NCBI GenBank assembly: GCA_040397175.1
Contig: JBBAWM010000002.1
Span: 1-64,000 of the forward strand
Direction: 5' to 3'
DNA from: Candidatus Limnocylindrus sp.
Lineage (GTDB): Bacteria; Chloroflexota; Limnocylindria; Limnocylindrales; Limnocylindraceae
DNA: 64,000 nucleotides
Every line of letters starts with the position of its first letter. The first letter of the stretch is position 1. This document shows, piece by piece, positions 47,492 through 56,912 of this stretch. The notes under the pieces were generated by a model, which made no database searches, had not been told where the DNA came from, and worked only from the letters and a program-made list of their open reading frames with translations. The translations under genes were made by a program, and so were the position numbers.

Positions 47492-48555
47492 GCGAGCAGG
47501 GGATGGTGCACGCAGCGGAGTACCTCACCCGCGCGGGTAACTTGCAAGCGACCGCACGGGGCGCCGTCCCTGCAAATGTACTAGCGGCTTTACGTTCGGC
47601 AAAGCGGTTATGGGTTGTACCGCACGAGCGACCAGACGCCGACGCCCTTGGCGCCGCGCTCGGACTCAAGGCAATCCTCGGGCAGCTTGGCGCGGAGGTC
47701 GTCGTGATCAGCGCCGATGCTCCGCCTGCGGTATATGACGTCATCCCCACGATTCGTGAGGTTTCCCTTGAGGCACCAACCTGGGCCCCAGATGCGATCG
47801 TGCTGGTCGATTGCGCCGATCCAACGCGTGCCGGTCGCATTGGCGATCTCATCAACGCACTCCCAGCCTCAACGCCACGAATCCTGATCGATCACCATGT
47901 TTCCAACGAAACTACGTGGCCCATCGCTTGGGTTGATGCGCACGCCGCTGCAACCTGCGAAATGGTCAGTCTCATTGCGCTTGCGCTGAAAGCAGATCTC
48001 TCAGCAGACGACGGAAGGCTGGCCACGACGCTCGCGGCGGGCGTGATCATGGATACCGCCACCTTTCAACATGGCAACACGACTTCGCGGACCCTTGAAG
48101 TTGGCGGACTCCTTCTTGCGGCAGGTGCGCCGATCAGTGAGATCTCCCGAAAGATCTACCGTTCCAAGCCCCTGGCGCAGGTACAGCTGCACGCGCGTGT
48201 TTTGGCCAGCCTTGCTGCATCGGATGGGGGTCGCACCGTCTTCGCCACCATGACGCTCGGCGACCTGACGGAGTGCGGAGCCACGCTGGAAATGAGTGAA
48301 GGCATCGTTGACTCACTGGCACATGTGGCTGAGGCTGATGTGGCGATCTTCTTCAAGGAGGATGGCCCAGCCTCCGCGCGCATCTCCGTGCGGACGAAAG
48401 GGGAGGGACCCGACGCCACCGAGGTCGTTGGCGCATTCGGTGGTGGCGGTCATGCTCGCGCCGCGGGCGCGACCATTGGCCTCCCCGTTAACGAGGCCGT
48501 CACCTTGGTGCTGGCGCGCGTGACGGAGCTTCGCGCGCACGCTGTAGCGGGCTGA
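47488..48555 (+). CDS. nrnA: DHH/DHHA1 nanoRNase / pAp phosphatase
   Basis: HERPDADALG, DC, IDHH, DT..F, SVR, GGGGHARAAG. Confidence 0.9.
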   Translation: MSEQGMVHAAEYLTRAGNLQATARGAVPANVLAALRSAKRLWVVPHERPDADALGAALGLKAILGQLGAEVVVISADAPPAVYDVIPTIREVSLEAPTWAPDAIVLVDCADPTRAGRIGDLINALPASTPRILIDHHVSNETTWPIAWVDAHAAATCEMVSLIALALKADLSADDGRLATTLAAGVIMDTATFQHGNTTSRTLEVGGLLLAAGAPISEISRKIYRSKPLAQVQLHARVLASLAASDGGRTVFATMTLGDLTECGATLEMSEGIVDSLAHVAEADVAIFFKEDGPASARISVRTKGEGPDATEVVGAFGGGGHARAAGATIGLPVNEAVTLVLARVTELRAHAVAG

Positions 48556-48559
48556 GCGT

Positions 48560-49522
48560 ATGGCGCGGCGACGGCCGAGCACGCCGGGTATTGACGGGGT
48601 CCTTCTCGTCGATAAGCCAAATGGTCCGACGAGCCACGACATCGTTGCCAAGATTCGCCGCATGGCTGGGCAACCGCGTATCGGGCATGGCGGCACCCTC
48701 GACCCGTTTGCGACCGGACTCCTGGTGCTCGTCCTTGGCCGCGCAACTCGCCTGGCGAGCATGCATCTGGGCGGCGAGAAGCGCTACGAGGCGACCTTCT
48801 CGTTTGGCGGGGGAACCACTACCGATGATCTTGATGGCGAGCGCCTCGGTACTCCTGGCACACCACCCTCCCAGAAGGCCATTGAGGCCCTGCTGCCCCG
48901 CTACCGGGGCGTCCTAGAGCAGGTGCCGCCATCCCACTCGGCAAAGCGCACAGACGGCGTACGGGCATATGAGCGCGCACGAGCAGGGGAGGTGGTGGAG
49001 CTCGCACCACGCCCAATTGAAATCAAGCGATTTGAGATCCTTGGTTGGGACGACTCCCACGCCGACGAGCCGCTCATGCATGCCCGGCTTGATGTGAGCT
49101 CTGGTACCTACATTCGCGCCATTGCACGCGATCTCGGTCGCGACGCAGGGAGTGGCGCACACCTCGTCGCGCTGCGGCGCGTTGGTTCTGGTGTCTTTGC
49201 GGCTACCGAGGCGCACACCATGGAGCAGATTGCCGCCGCTGCACTGGCGGGCGAACTGCGCAACTTGCTGCTGCCGCTCGACGCTGGGCTCGACCACATC
49301 GCCGCAACGGAGGTGGGCGAAAAGGGTGCGGCACTGCTGCGCGATGGCATCGCACTCCCCGTCGGCATGCTGGACAGCGCCGGCCAGGAGACGGCAGAGG
49401 GGAGCCCCCTGCGGCTGTACGTCCACGGCGCGATCGCCGCGTTCGGTCGACGCACCGCATTCGGCGCACAACCTGAGCGCGTCTTCATTGAATCAAACGC
49501 GCTGGTAGGGCAACGCCTGTGA
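48560..49522 (+). CDS. truB: tRNA pseudouridine(55) synthase
   Basis: DKPNGPTSHD, GHGGTLDPFATGLL, QVPP, SSGTYIR. Confidence 0.95.
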   Translation: MARRRPSTPGIDGVLLVDKPNGPTSHDIVAKIRRMAGQPRIGHGGTLDPFATGLLVLVLGRATRLASMHLGGEKRYEATFSFGGGTTTDDLDGERLGTPGTPPSQKAIEALLPRYRGVLEQVPPSHSAKRTDGVRAYERARAGEVVELAPRPIEIKRFEILGWDDSHADEPLMHARLDVSSGTYIRAIARDLGRDAGSGAHLVALRRVGSGVFAATEAHTMEQIAAAALAGELRNLLLPLDAGLDHIAATEVGEKGAALLRDGIALPVGMLDSAGQETAEGSPLRLYVHGAIAAFGRRTAFGAQPERVFIESNALVGQRL

Positions 49523-50358
49523 AGCGGGTGGTCGGCTGGAACGAGCTAGCGCTGGAGATGGCGCCAGGGGAGAACGCTGCGCCTGGTTCGGTTCTCACCC
49601 TCGGCATCTTCGATGGGCTCCACCGTGGCCATATGCGGCTGCTCGCCGCTGCCGAGCGACTGGCTCGGGCGGCGGGGCTCGAGCGCGTGCATATCGGCTT
49701 CACGCCACACCCTGATCAGCTGATTCGGGGCACAACCCCCCTCCAACTCCTTGATGTAGGGGAGCTCGAGCTCCGCATGGCGGGGGCGGGTGTCGACCTC
49801 TGGTGCGACCTGCCCTTCACTCCAGAGACGCGCGATACCCCCTGGGAGGAGTTCATCGAGCGTCTCGTCGGGGTGACCAAGGCGAAGGGGATCGTCCTCT
49901 CGCCAGAATCCGCATTTGGTCAGGGCCGCCAGGGGACGCTGCCTAACGTTCGAGCCTGGGGTGCCGTCCACGGCCTACAGGTGCACCCGGTCGCCGAAGC
50001 AACCGCTGGTGGGACCCCTATTCGTAGCACCCGCATCCGCGAGGCCATTGCCGGCGGGGACCTCACTGGGGCAGCGCGCCTCCTCGCGCGACCCTATGCC
50101 CTAGTCGGTAGGCTCCAGGGTGACCAGATCCACCTGCAGCGCCATGAGGCTGCCGTGCCGCCCCCAGGGGAGTACCGGGCTCGCGTTGGGGCAGCTGGGC
50201 GCCCTGAAGGACGCCTCCCCCTCGTAGGGCGGCTCACCACCGTGCGGGTGAGTTCCGATGGGCTGACGATCACGCTCGTGCGGCCCGAGGGCGCAGATCG
50301 ACGTTTTGAGGGGGGTCCGATGCGGGTCGCCCTGCTTGGGGAGAGCCTCCAAGCGTAG
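49519..50358 (+). CDS. ribF: FAD synthetase-like protein; adenylyltransferase domain intact, riboflavin kinase domain degenerate
   Basis: GIFDGLHRGH, FTPHP, FGQGRQG, RSTRIR; no GRxLGFPTAN motif in the short C-terminus. Confidence 0.8.
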   Translation: MKRVVGWNELALEMAPGENAAPGSVLTLGIFDGLHRGHMRLLAAAERLARAAGLERVHIGFTPHPDQLIRGTTPLQLLDVGELELRMAGAGVDLWCDLPFTPETRDTPWEEFIERLVGVTKAKGIVLSPESAFGQGRQGTLPNVRAWGAVHGLQVHPVAEATAGGTPIRSTRIREAIAGGDLTGAARLLARPYALVGRLQGDQIHLQRHEAAVPPPGEYRARVGAAGRPEGRLPLVGRLTTVRVSSDGLTITLVRPEGADRRFEGGPMRVALLGESLQA

Positions 50359-50361
50359 ATT

Positions 50362-50442
50362 TGCTACCCTATGTACATCCAAGATGTGATGAAGAGATGA
50401 GGGGTGCCCTTGGAGCACCTCCGATGTAAGGAGAAGTACCAC
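50362..50442 (+). promoter_or_regulatory. rpsO extended -10 and structured leader
   Basis: TGcTACCCT (50362-70); hairpin GGGGTGC..GCACCTC (50401-50421); SD AAGGAG. Confidence 0.5.
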
Positions 50443-50712
50443 TTGCCACTAGACCAAGCAACAACCGCACGCATCGTTGCAGACAACGGGCGTCACGGTA
50501 CTGATACTGGGTCCGCAGACGTTCAGATCGCACTCCTGACGGAGCGCATTCAGGGACTGACCGCGCACCTGCAAACCTTTAAGCAGGACAACCATTCGCG
50601 CCGCGGGCTCTTGAAGCTCGTCGGTCAGCGACGTCGACTGCTGACATTTCTCAAGCGTGAAGATGCAGCGCGCTACGCCGCGCTCTCCGAGAAGCTCGGA
50701 CTTCGTCGCTAA
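50443..50712 (+). CDS. rpsO: 30S ribosomal protein S15
   Basis: [40 protein letters not shown]; start TTG 50443. Confidence 0.97.
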   Translation: MPLDQATTARIVADNGRHGTDTGSADVQIALLTERIQGLTAHLQTFKQDNHSRRGLLKLVGQRRRLLTFLKREDAARYAALSEKLGLRR

Positions 50713-50788
50713 CCACCCCCTAGCCTCTGGCTGGGACTACATCGGCACGCGAACGGAAGAACCGTTGGCGGCCTGACAGGAGAACAGA

Positions 50789-53386
50789 ATGAGCAACATC
50801 ACCAGCGTTTCCGCCGAGTTCGGCGGTCAGACCCTCACGATTGAGACAGGCCGAATGGCCCGCCTCGCCGGTGGCGCAGTCACCGTTCGCTACGGCGACA
50901 CCGTGGTCCTTGGCACTGCAAACCGCAGCGAGCCACGACCAGGCCTCGACTTCTTCCCACTCACGATTGAGTTTGAAGAGCGCATGTACGCCGCGGGAAA
51001 GATCCCGGGCGGTTACATCAAGCGCGAAGGGCGAGCCTCCGAGAACGCAACGCTCTCCGCGCGTCTCACCGACCGACCGATTCGCCCACTCTTCCCAGAG
51101 GGGTACAAGGATGACGTTCAGGTTGTTATCACCGTGCTGAGCGCAGACCAGGAGAACGACCCAGACATCCTTGGAACGCTCGCGGCATCTGCAGCGCTCA
51201 CCATCTCCGAGATTCCGTTCCTTGGGCCAATCGGCGCAGTGCGCGTCGGCATTGTGAACGGTGCCTTTGTTATCAACCCAACGTTCGACCAGCTCAAGGA
51301 GAGCGATCTCGACTTGGTAGTTTCAGGAACCGTTAGCGCGATCATGATGGTCGAGGCTGGCGCGAACCTGATCACCGAAGAGAAGATGGCCGAGGCCATT
51401 GAGTTCGGTCATAACGCCATCAAGGCGCTCGTTGCCCTTCAGGAGGAGCTGCGCGCCAAGGTCGGCAAGCAGAAGCGCGTTCCATACATCGAGCCAAGCA
51501 CCGACAGCGTGCTGGCGTTTGCCGAGGCGGCCGCAAACGGTGGCACATTCGTGATCGTCGATACGGAAACTACCGGCCTTGACCCGAAGATTTCTGACCT
51601 TGTCGAAGTTGCGGCAGTGAAGGTCAAGGGTGGCAAGATCACCGACCGCTGGAGCAGTTTTGTTGATGCCGGCAACGACATCGTTGGCGCCCAGATGCAT
51701 GGCATCACCAACAAGGAGATCCAGGGCGGCCTCACGCCGAAGGCAGCGGCCGAGAAGATTGCTGAATTCGCCAAGGGCGCAATCCTTGTCGGACACAACC
51801 TTGGCTTTGATGTCGCCTTCCTCGATGAGGCACTCGGCAAGGGTCGCTCATTTGCAACCGAGCAGGGGAGCTACCTCGACACCTATGTCCTCTTCAAGGA
51901 GGCGTACCCAGAGAGCGAGTCGTTCAAGCTCGGAGATCTCGCACGCGTTTATGGCGCAGCGACCACTCCGAACCATCGAGCGGCCGCTGACGCGGAAGCA
52001 ACAGCAGAGCTCTTGCTGATCCTCGCCAACGAACTCCCAGGTCGCCTCGCGACGCTCAAGGAGGGGATTGCCGATTCGATCCGTGCCGCCCGTAGCGGCA
52101 AGGGCGAGCCAAAGGCGATCTTTGAGGCGGCACGCCGTAAAGCGCGCGTCGGTAGAAACCTCTTCGGCTGGATGCATAAGAAGACGGCGCGTAACCTCAC
52201 GATGAAGGAGGGGATTCGCCTCGACGGTCGGAAGGTCGACGAGATCCGCAAGATCTCGGTAGAGGTTGGTCTGCTCCCACGCGCACACGGCTCAGGCCTC
52301 TTCACCCGCGGTGAGACCCAGGCGTTGAGCGTGGCAACCCTTGGCCCAGTGGCACAGGGACAGCGTCTCGACACGATCTCGCCGATCACCGAGAAGCGCT
52401 ACATCCACCACTACAACATGCCGCCGTACAGCACCGGTGAGAACAAGCCGATGCGTGGCCCAGGGCGACGCGAAATTGGGCACGGAGCCCTTGCCGAGCG
52501 AGCACTCATCCCAGTGCTCCCTTCGATCGAGGAGTTCCCGTACGCCATCCGAGTCGTCTCAGAGTGCGTAACCTCTAACGGATCGACCTCAATGGCCTCA
52601 ACTTGCGGTTCGAGCCTCTCGCTCCTTGATGCCGGCGTGCCGCTCAAGGCGTCGGTGGCTGGCGCCGCAATGGGCCTCATGTCGGAGCCAGACGGCGAAT
52701 TCATCGTCCTCACGGACATCCTCGGCAAGGAGGATGCCTTCGGCGACATGGACTTCAAGGTGACCGGTACCCGTACGGGTATCACGGCCTTGCAGATGGA
52801 CATCAAGGTGCAGGGGATCAACGGGGCGATCATTCGCACCGGCCTCAAGGATGCGCTTGCCGCCCGACTCGAGATCCTCGACAAGATGGACGCGATCATC
52901 AGCACGGCTCGACCAGAGCTCTCTGATTTCGCCCCACGCATCACCACGATCAAGATCAATCCGGAGAAGATCCGCGACATCATTGGTAAGGGTGGCGCAG
53001 TGATTCGCAAGTTGCAGGATGACTTCCAGGTGAACATCAACGTACAGGACGACGGCACCGTGCAGATCGCTTCGGCTGATCCAGAGCGCACCAAGGGTGT
53101 CCTTGATGCGATCAATGGAATCACCAAAGAGGTTGAACTCGGCGCGCTCTATATGGGCAAGGTGACCCGCATCATGGGCTTCGGCTGCTTCGTTGAGATC
53201 CTTCCAGGTAAGGAAGGCCTCGTACGCATCGGCGAGCTTGCCGACTACCGTGTGAACACGGTTGAGGATGAGGTCGCCGTGGGCGACGAGATCATGGTGG
53301 TGGTCACCGAAGTCGACCGCCAGGGTCGCGTCAACCTGTCGCGCCGCGCCGCCATGCAGCGTCATAAGGCCGCGCCTCAAGAGTAA
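50789..53386 (+). CDS. pnp: polynucleotide phosphorylase with an inserted DEDDh 3'-5' exonuclease domain
   Basis: PH1 (ETGRMA, DFFPL, IPGGYIKREG, DRPIRP), DEDDh insert (DTETTG/HNLGFD/HRAAAD), PH2 (RLDGR, RGETQ, RREIGHG, SNGSTS, GDMDFKV), KH, S1. Confidence 0.96.
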   Translation: MSNITSVSAEFGGQTLTIETGRMARLAGGAVTVRYGDTVVLGTANRSEPRPGLDFFPLTIEFEERMYAAGKIPGGYIKREGRASENATLSARLTDRPIRPLFPEGYKDDVQVVITVLSADQENDPDILGTLAASAALTISEIPFLGPIGAVRVGIVNGAFVINPTFDQLKESDLDLVVSGTVSAIMMVEAGANLITEEKMAEAIEFGHNAIKALVALQEELRAKVGKQKRVPYIEPSTDSVLAFAEAAANGGTFVIVDTETTGLDPKISDLVEVAAVKVKGGKITDRWSSFVDAGNDIVGAQMHGITNKEIQGGLTPKAAAEKIAEFAKGAILVGHNLGFDVAFLDEALGKGRSFATEQGSYLDTYVLFKEAYPESESFKLGDLARVYGAATTPNHRAAADAEATAELLLILANELPGRLATLKEGIADSIRAARSGKGEPKAIFEAARRKARVGRNLFGWMHKKTARNLTMKEGIRLDGRKVDEIRKISVEVGLLPRAHGSGLFTRGETQALSVATLGPVAQGQRLDTISPITEKRYIHHYNMPPYSTGENKPMRGPGRREIGHGALAERALIPVLPSIEEFPYAIRVVSECVTSNGSTSMASTCGSSLSLLDAGVPLKASVAGAAMGLMSEPDGEFIVLTDILGKEDAFGDMDFKVTGTRTGITALQMDIKVQGINGAIIRTGLKDALAARLEILDKMDAIISTARPELSDFAPRITTIKINPEKIRDIIGKGGAVIRKLQDDFQVNINVQDDGTVQIASADPERTKGVLDAINGITKEVELGALYMGKVTRIMGFGCFVEILPGKEGLVRIGELADYRVNTVEDEVAVGDEIMVVVTEVDRQGRVNLSRRAAMQRHKAAPQE

Positions 53387-53412
53387 CGGTGCTCCGAAAC
53401 GCACGAAAATCA

Positions 53413-53447
53413 ACTGAGGACTTGCGGATGCTCCGCAGGTCCTCAGT
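53413..53447. other. 16-bp stem-loop after pnp (3' end-protecting or terminator-like, no U-tract)
   Basis: ACTGAGGACTTGCGGA-TGC-TCCGCAGGTCCTCAGT, one G:U pair. Confidence 0.75.
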
Positions 53448-53449
53448 CG

Positions 53450-53455
53450 TATACT
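53450..53455 (+). promoter_or_regulatory. -10 predicting a leaderless asd mRNA
   Basis: TATACT, 7 nt, then ATG 53463; no SD. Confidence 0.65.
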
Positions 53456-53462
53456 GGGCAGT

Positions 53463-54512
53463 ATGAGCAACGCATCGAACCCAGAAGGTTTCGTCGTCGC
53501 CGTCCTCGGCGCCACTGGACTCGTTGGGCAGACCATGATCTCGGTGCTTGAAGAGCGCAACTTCCCTGTGCGCACGCTTATTCCACTTGCTGCCACGAGC
53601 GGTGGGCGCACCGTTCGCTTTCGTGGCGCCGATATCTTGGTGCAACAGGTTCAACCAGACTCGTTCAACGGCGTCGATCTTGCGCTTTTCAGCGCAGGTG
53701 GCGCCGCAAGCTTGACGTATGCGCCAGAAGCGGCGGCCCGCGGCTGCGTCGTTGTCGACAACTCCAGCGCCTGGCGCATGGATCCGAGTGTGCCGCTGGT
53801 TGTCTCGCAGGTAAATCCAGGGGCGCTCGCAACGCACAACGGCATCATTGCGAACCCGAACTGCTCGACCATGCAGCTTGCGCCGCTATTAAAAGCGCTC
53901 TCTGATGCGGCCGGTTTACAGCGGGTGGTTGTCGCCACGTATCAGGCGGTCTCGGGTGCCGGCTCAAAATCAGTGGCTGATTTAGTTCAACAGCGAACCA
54001 CCCTTGTGAATGGCGGCACACCCACTTCGACCATCTATCCGCATGCCGTCATTTCGAGCCCAATCCCCGCGATCGATGTGTTCCTTCCTGATGGCTCCAC
54101 CAAAGAGGAGGCCAAGGTCGTCAATGAGAGCCGGAAGATTCTCGACCTGCCGAACCTGCGTATCTCTGCAACGGCGGTCCGTGTTCCCGTTGAACGGAGC
54201 CACTCCGAGGCGGTGCACGTTGAGCTATCGCGGGCGCTGAGCCCCGACCAAGCTCGTATCGTCTTTGCTGCGATGCAGGGGGTAACCCTGGTAGACGATC
54301 CAGCAAGTCATTCCTATCCACTTGCAGCAGATGCGTCCGGCAGTGACGAGATTTATGTCGGGAGAGTGCGCACCGACGCCAGCGTTGAGCATGGGCTTGC
54401 CTTCTGGGTGGTGAGTGACAACATCCGCAAGGGTGCGGCGACGAACGCCGTTGAGATTGCTGAGCTCTTGGTCAGCATGAACCTGGTCCATGGAGCCAGT
54501 CACGTCGCCTAA
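53463..54512 (+). CDS. asd: aspartate-semialdehyde dehydrogenase
   Basis: GATGLVG, DNSSAWRM, ANPNCST, TYQAVSGAG, VRVPV..HSE, DNIRKGAA. Confidence 0.96.
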   Translation: MSNASNPEGFVVAVLGATGLVGQTMISVLEERNFPVRTLIPLAATSGGRTVRFRGADILVQQVQPDSFNGVDLALFSAGGAASLTYAPEAAARGCVVVDNSSAWRMDPSVPLVVSQVNPGALATHNGIIANPNCSTMQLAPLLKALSDAAGLQRVVVATYQAVSGAGSKSVADLVQQRTTLVNGGTPTSTIYPHAVISSPIPAIDVFLPDGSTKEEAKVVNESRKILDLPNLRISATAVRVPVERSHSEAVHVELSRALSPDQARIVFAAMQGVTLVDDPASHSYPLAADASGSDEIYVGRVRTDASVEHGLAFWVVSDNIRKGAATNAVEIAELLVSMNLVHGASHVA

Positions 54513-55173
54513 CCGAATCGCTCTCGAGCTCGCCTCGGTCGCCCGCGACGCCTCCACCTGTACGGCGTGTGCGCTCTCAGCCACAAGAACCCAGACGGTC
54601 CCCGGCGAGGGGAGTCCTACGGCAGCCCTGGTTTTCGTTGGGGAGGCCCCGGGAGCGCGGGAAGATCTGGCTGGTCGCCCGTTCGTTGGCGCGTCTGGTC
54701 GCCTTCTGGACGACCTCCTGGCCTCGATCGGCCTACGGCGCGACGAGATCTTCATCCTGAATACGGTGAAGTGTCGGCCACCAGCGAACCGCAATCCCCA
54801 GCGCGCAGAAACTGCTGCCTGTGCCTCGTTCCTCACACGGCAGTTGAAGGCGTTGCAGCCCCGGGTGATCGCCACCCTCGGGAGGCACGCACTTGCTGTC
54901 TTTGCGCCAAGCGCGAAGATTGCCGAGGTGCACGGACGTCCCCACGCACAGACAGACGGTGATCAGCGCGGTGGTGCGGTGCTCTTTCCCCTCTATCACC
55001 CCGCAGCGGCACTCCACAACGGGAGCCTGCGACCAGCCTTAGAGCGCGATATGGCGGCCCTGGGAGAGTTTCTCTCCATGAATGCTCGCGAAGAGGCGGG
55101 GGAGGCTACCCTACGCGAGGTGGATTCGGTGCCGACTCGGCGCCGTTCCAGCATGCAAGGGGAGGCTGAATGA
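54490..55173 (+). CDS. udg: uracil-DNA glycosylase family 4 (4Fe-4S)
   Basis: CTAC, GEAPG..ED..GRPFVG, NTVKCRPP.NR.P, YHPAA. Confidence 0.92.
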   Translation: MEPVTSPNRIALELASVARDASTCTACALSATRTQTVPGEGSPTAALVFVGEAPGAREDLAGRPFVGASGRLLDDLLASIGLRRDEIFILNTVKCRPPANRNPQRAETAACASFLTRQLKALQPRVIATLGRHALAVFAPSAKIAEVHGRPHAQTDGDQRGGAVLFPLYHPAAALHNGSLRPALERDMAALGEFLSMNAREEAGEATLREVDSVPTRRRSSMQGEAE

Positions 55174-56909
55174 CCCAACGCCCGCAACCGGCACGCCGAC
55201 CAGCTGAGGCGAGACGCCCCCAGGAAACACGCAGGCCGCACAAGGCGGCTACCAGCGGCCCGGCACTCCGTCTGATCCCGCTCGGCGGCATGGGGGAGAT
55301 CGGGAAGAACCTCTACCTGTATGAGTACCAGGACACCATCATCCTCGTTGACTGTGGCCTCGCCTTCCCCGATGAGACCACCCTTGGTGTCGACATCATC
55401 ATCCCGGACATCAGTTACTTGCGGGCACGCCGCAGCGCCGTGAAGGCGGTCCTCATCACCCATGGACACGAGGATCACGTCGGTGCGCTCCCGCACATCC
55501 TCCCTGAGCTCCCGGGGGTGCCCGTCTACGCCAGCACCCTTGCACGAGGGCTCTTGGCAAACAAGTTGAAGGAGTTCAAGGTCACCGCCAATCCGCTGCG
55601 ACCGCTCGACCCAGGCGGCCGACTTGAGGTTGGGCCCTTCACGATTGAACCCTTCCGCGTTGGCCACTCCATTCCGGATGCCATGGGTTACGCGATCCAT
55701 TCACCGGTTGGAACGGTCATCCACACCGGTGACTTCAAGTTTGACCAAACTCCAGCGGATGGCAAGACAGCAGACTTTGCCATGCTGGCAAAATTCGGCG
55801 CCCAGGGTGTACTCGCTCTCGTTTCAGACAGTACACGTGCCGAAGCGCCCGGATATACGCCGAGTGAGCAGGTTGTCGGCCAAGCCTTTAAGGGAATCAT
55901 CAGCAGCGCACCTGGCCGCGTGATCATTGCCACCTTTGCCTCCAACATCGCGCGAATTCAACAGGTGCTCGATGCGGCAGGGGAGTTCCATCGGAAGGTA
56001 GCCGTCGTCGGTCGTTCGATGGAGCAGAACGTCAAGATCGCTCGCGACCTTGGCTATCTGAAATTCCCAACTCCACTCCTTGCCAAAGAGGAGATTGCGC
56101 GCCGCACGAAGGAGCCGCTCGTGATCGCAACGACGGGCGCGCAGGGCGAGCCGATGGCTGGCCTTGCCAAGATGGCGAATGGCGAGCACCGCAATGTAGA
56201 GATTCAGAACGGCGATACCGTGATCGTTTCCGCATCACCGATTCCAGGCAACGAAGAGGCGGTCGGCAGAACGATTGACAATCTTTTCAAGTCTGGTGCT
56301 AACGTCATCTATCACTCGATTGCCCAGGTGCACGTTTCAGGTCACGCCTCACAAGAGGAGCTGAAGATGATGCTTGCACTCACCAAGCCAAAGTACTTCG
56401 TGCCCATGCATGGCGAGATGCGCATGCAGGTGGCCCATGGGCGCCTTGCAACGCAGATGGGGGTACCGCCTTCTGCGGTCTTTATCATTGATAACGGCAC
56501 GCCAGTTGAGTTCTCTGCAGATGGCAGCGCACGACGTGGTAAACCAGTTGAGCACGGCTCAGTTTTCGTTGATGGATCATCGGTTGGCGAGATCAGCGAG
56601 ATCGTACTCCGCGATCGACGCACCCTGGCCGACGACGGAATCGTCGTCGTGATTGCAACGATCGATGCACGTACCGGAAAGCCCGTCGGCCGCCCAGCCC
56701 TAGTTACCCGTGGATTCCTCAATGGCGACGAGGATAATAAGCTTGTTGAAGAGGCAATCACGATTGCCCTCAAGGCAATCCAACACAAAGGTGATCGCGG
56801 TGCTGAGGCCGGCCTGATCAAGGCCCAGTTGAGCGAATCGGTTTCGCGATTCCTTGGTAAGGAGACGCGACGTCGTCCACTCGTGGTTCCTGTGGTGGTC
56901 GAGGTTTAA
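55170..56909 (+). CDS. rnj: ribonuclease J
   Basis: PLGGMGEIGKN, THGHEDHVG, HSIPD, TGDFK, FASN, HVSGHA, PMHGE. Confidence 0.96.
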   Translation: MTQRPQPARRPAEARRPQETRRPHKAATSGPALRLIPLGGMGEIGKNLYLYEYQDTIILVDCGLAFPDETTLGVDIIIPDISYLRARRSAVKAVLITHGHEDHVGALPHILPELPGVPVYASTLARGLLANKLKEFKVTANPLRPLDPGGRLEVGPFTIEPFRVGHSIPDAMGYAIHSPVGTVIHTGDFKFDQTPADGKTADFAMLAKFGAQGVLALVSDSTRAEAPGYTPSEQVVGQAFKGIISSAPGRVIIATFASNIARIQQVLDAAGEFHRKVAVVGRSMEQNVKIARDLGYLKFPTPLLAKEEIARRTKEPLVIATTGAQGEPMAGLAKMANGEHRNVEIQNGDTVIVSASPIPGNEEAVGRTIDNLFKSGANVIYHSIAQVHVSGHASQEELKMMLALTKPKYFVPMHGEMRMQVAHGRLATQMGVPPSAVFIIDNGTPVEFSADGSARRGKPVEHGSVFVDGSSVGEISEIVLRDRRTLADDGIVVVIATIDARTGKPVGRPALVTRGFLNGDEDNKLVEEAITIALKAIQHKGDRGAEAGLIKAQLSESVSRFLGKETRRRPLVVPVVVEV

Positions 56910-56912
56910 GCG

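Noticed and set aside
51545-52025. Possibility that the PNPase insert is an intein or mobile element
   Set aside because: No C/S...HN splice motifs, no LAGLIDADG/HNH motifs and no terminal repeats; it has DEDDh motifs and host-like codon style
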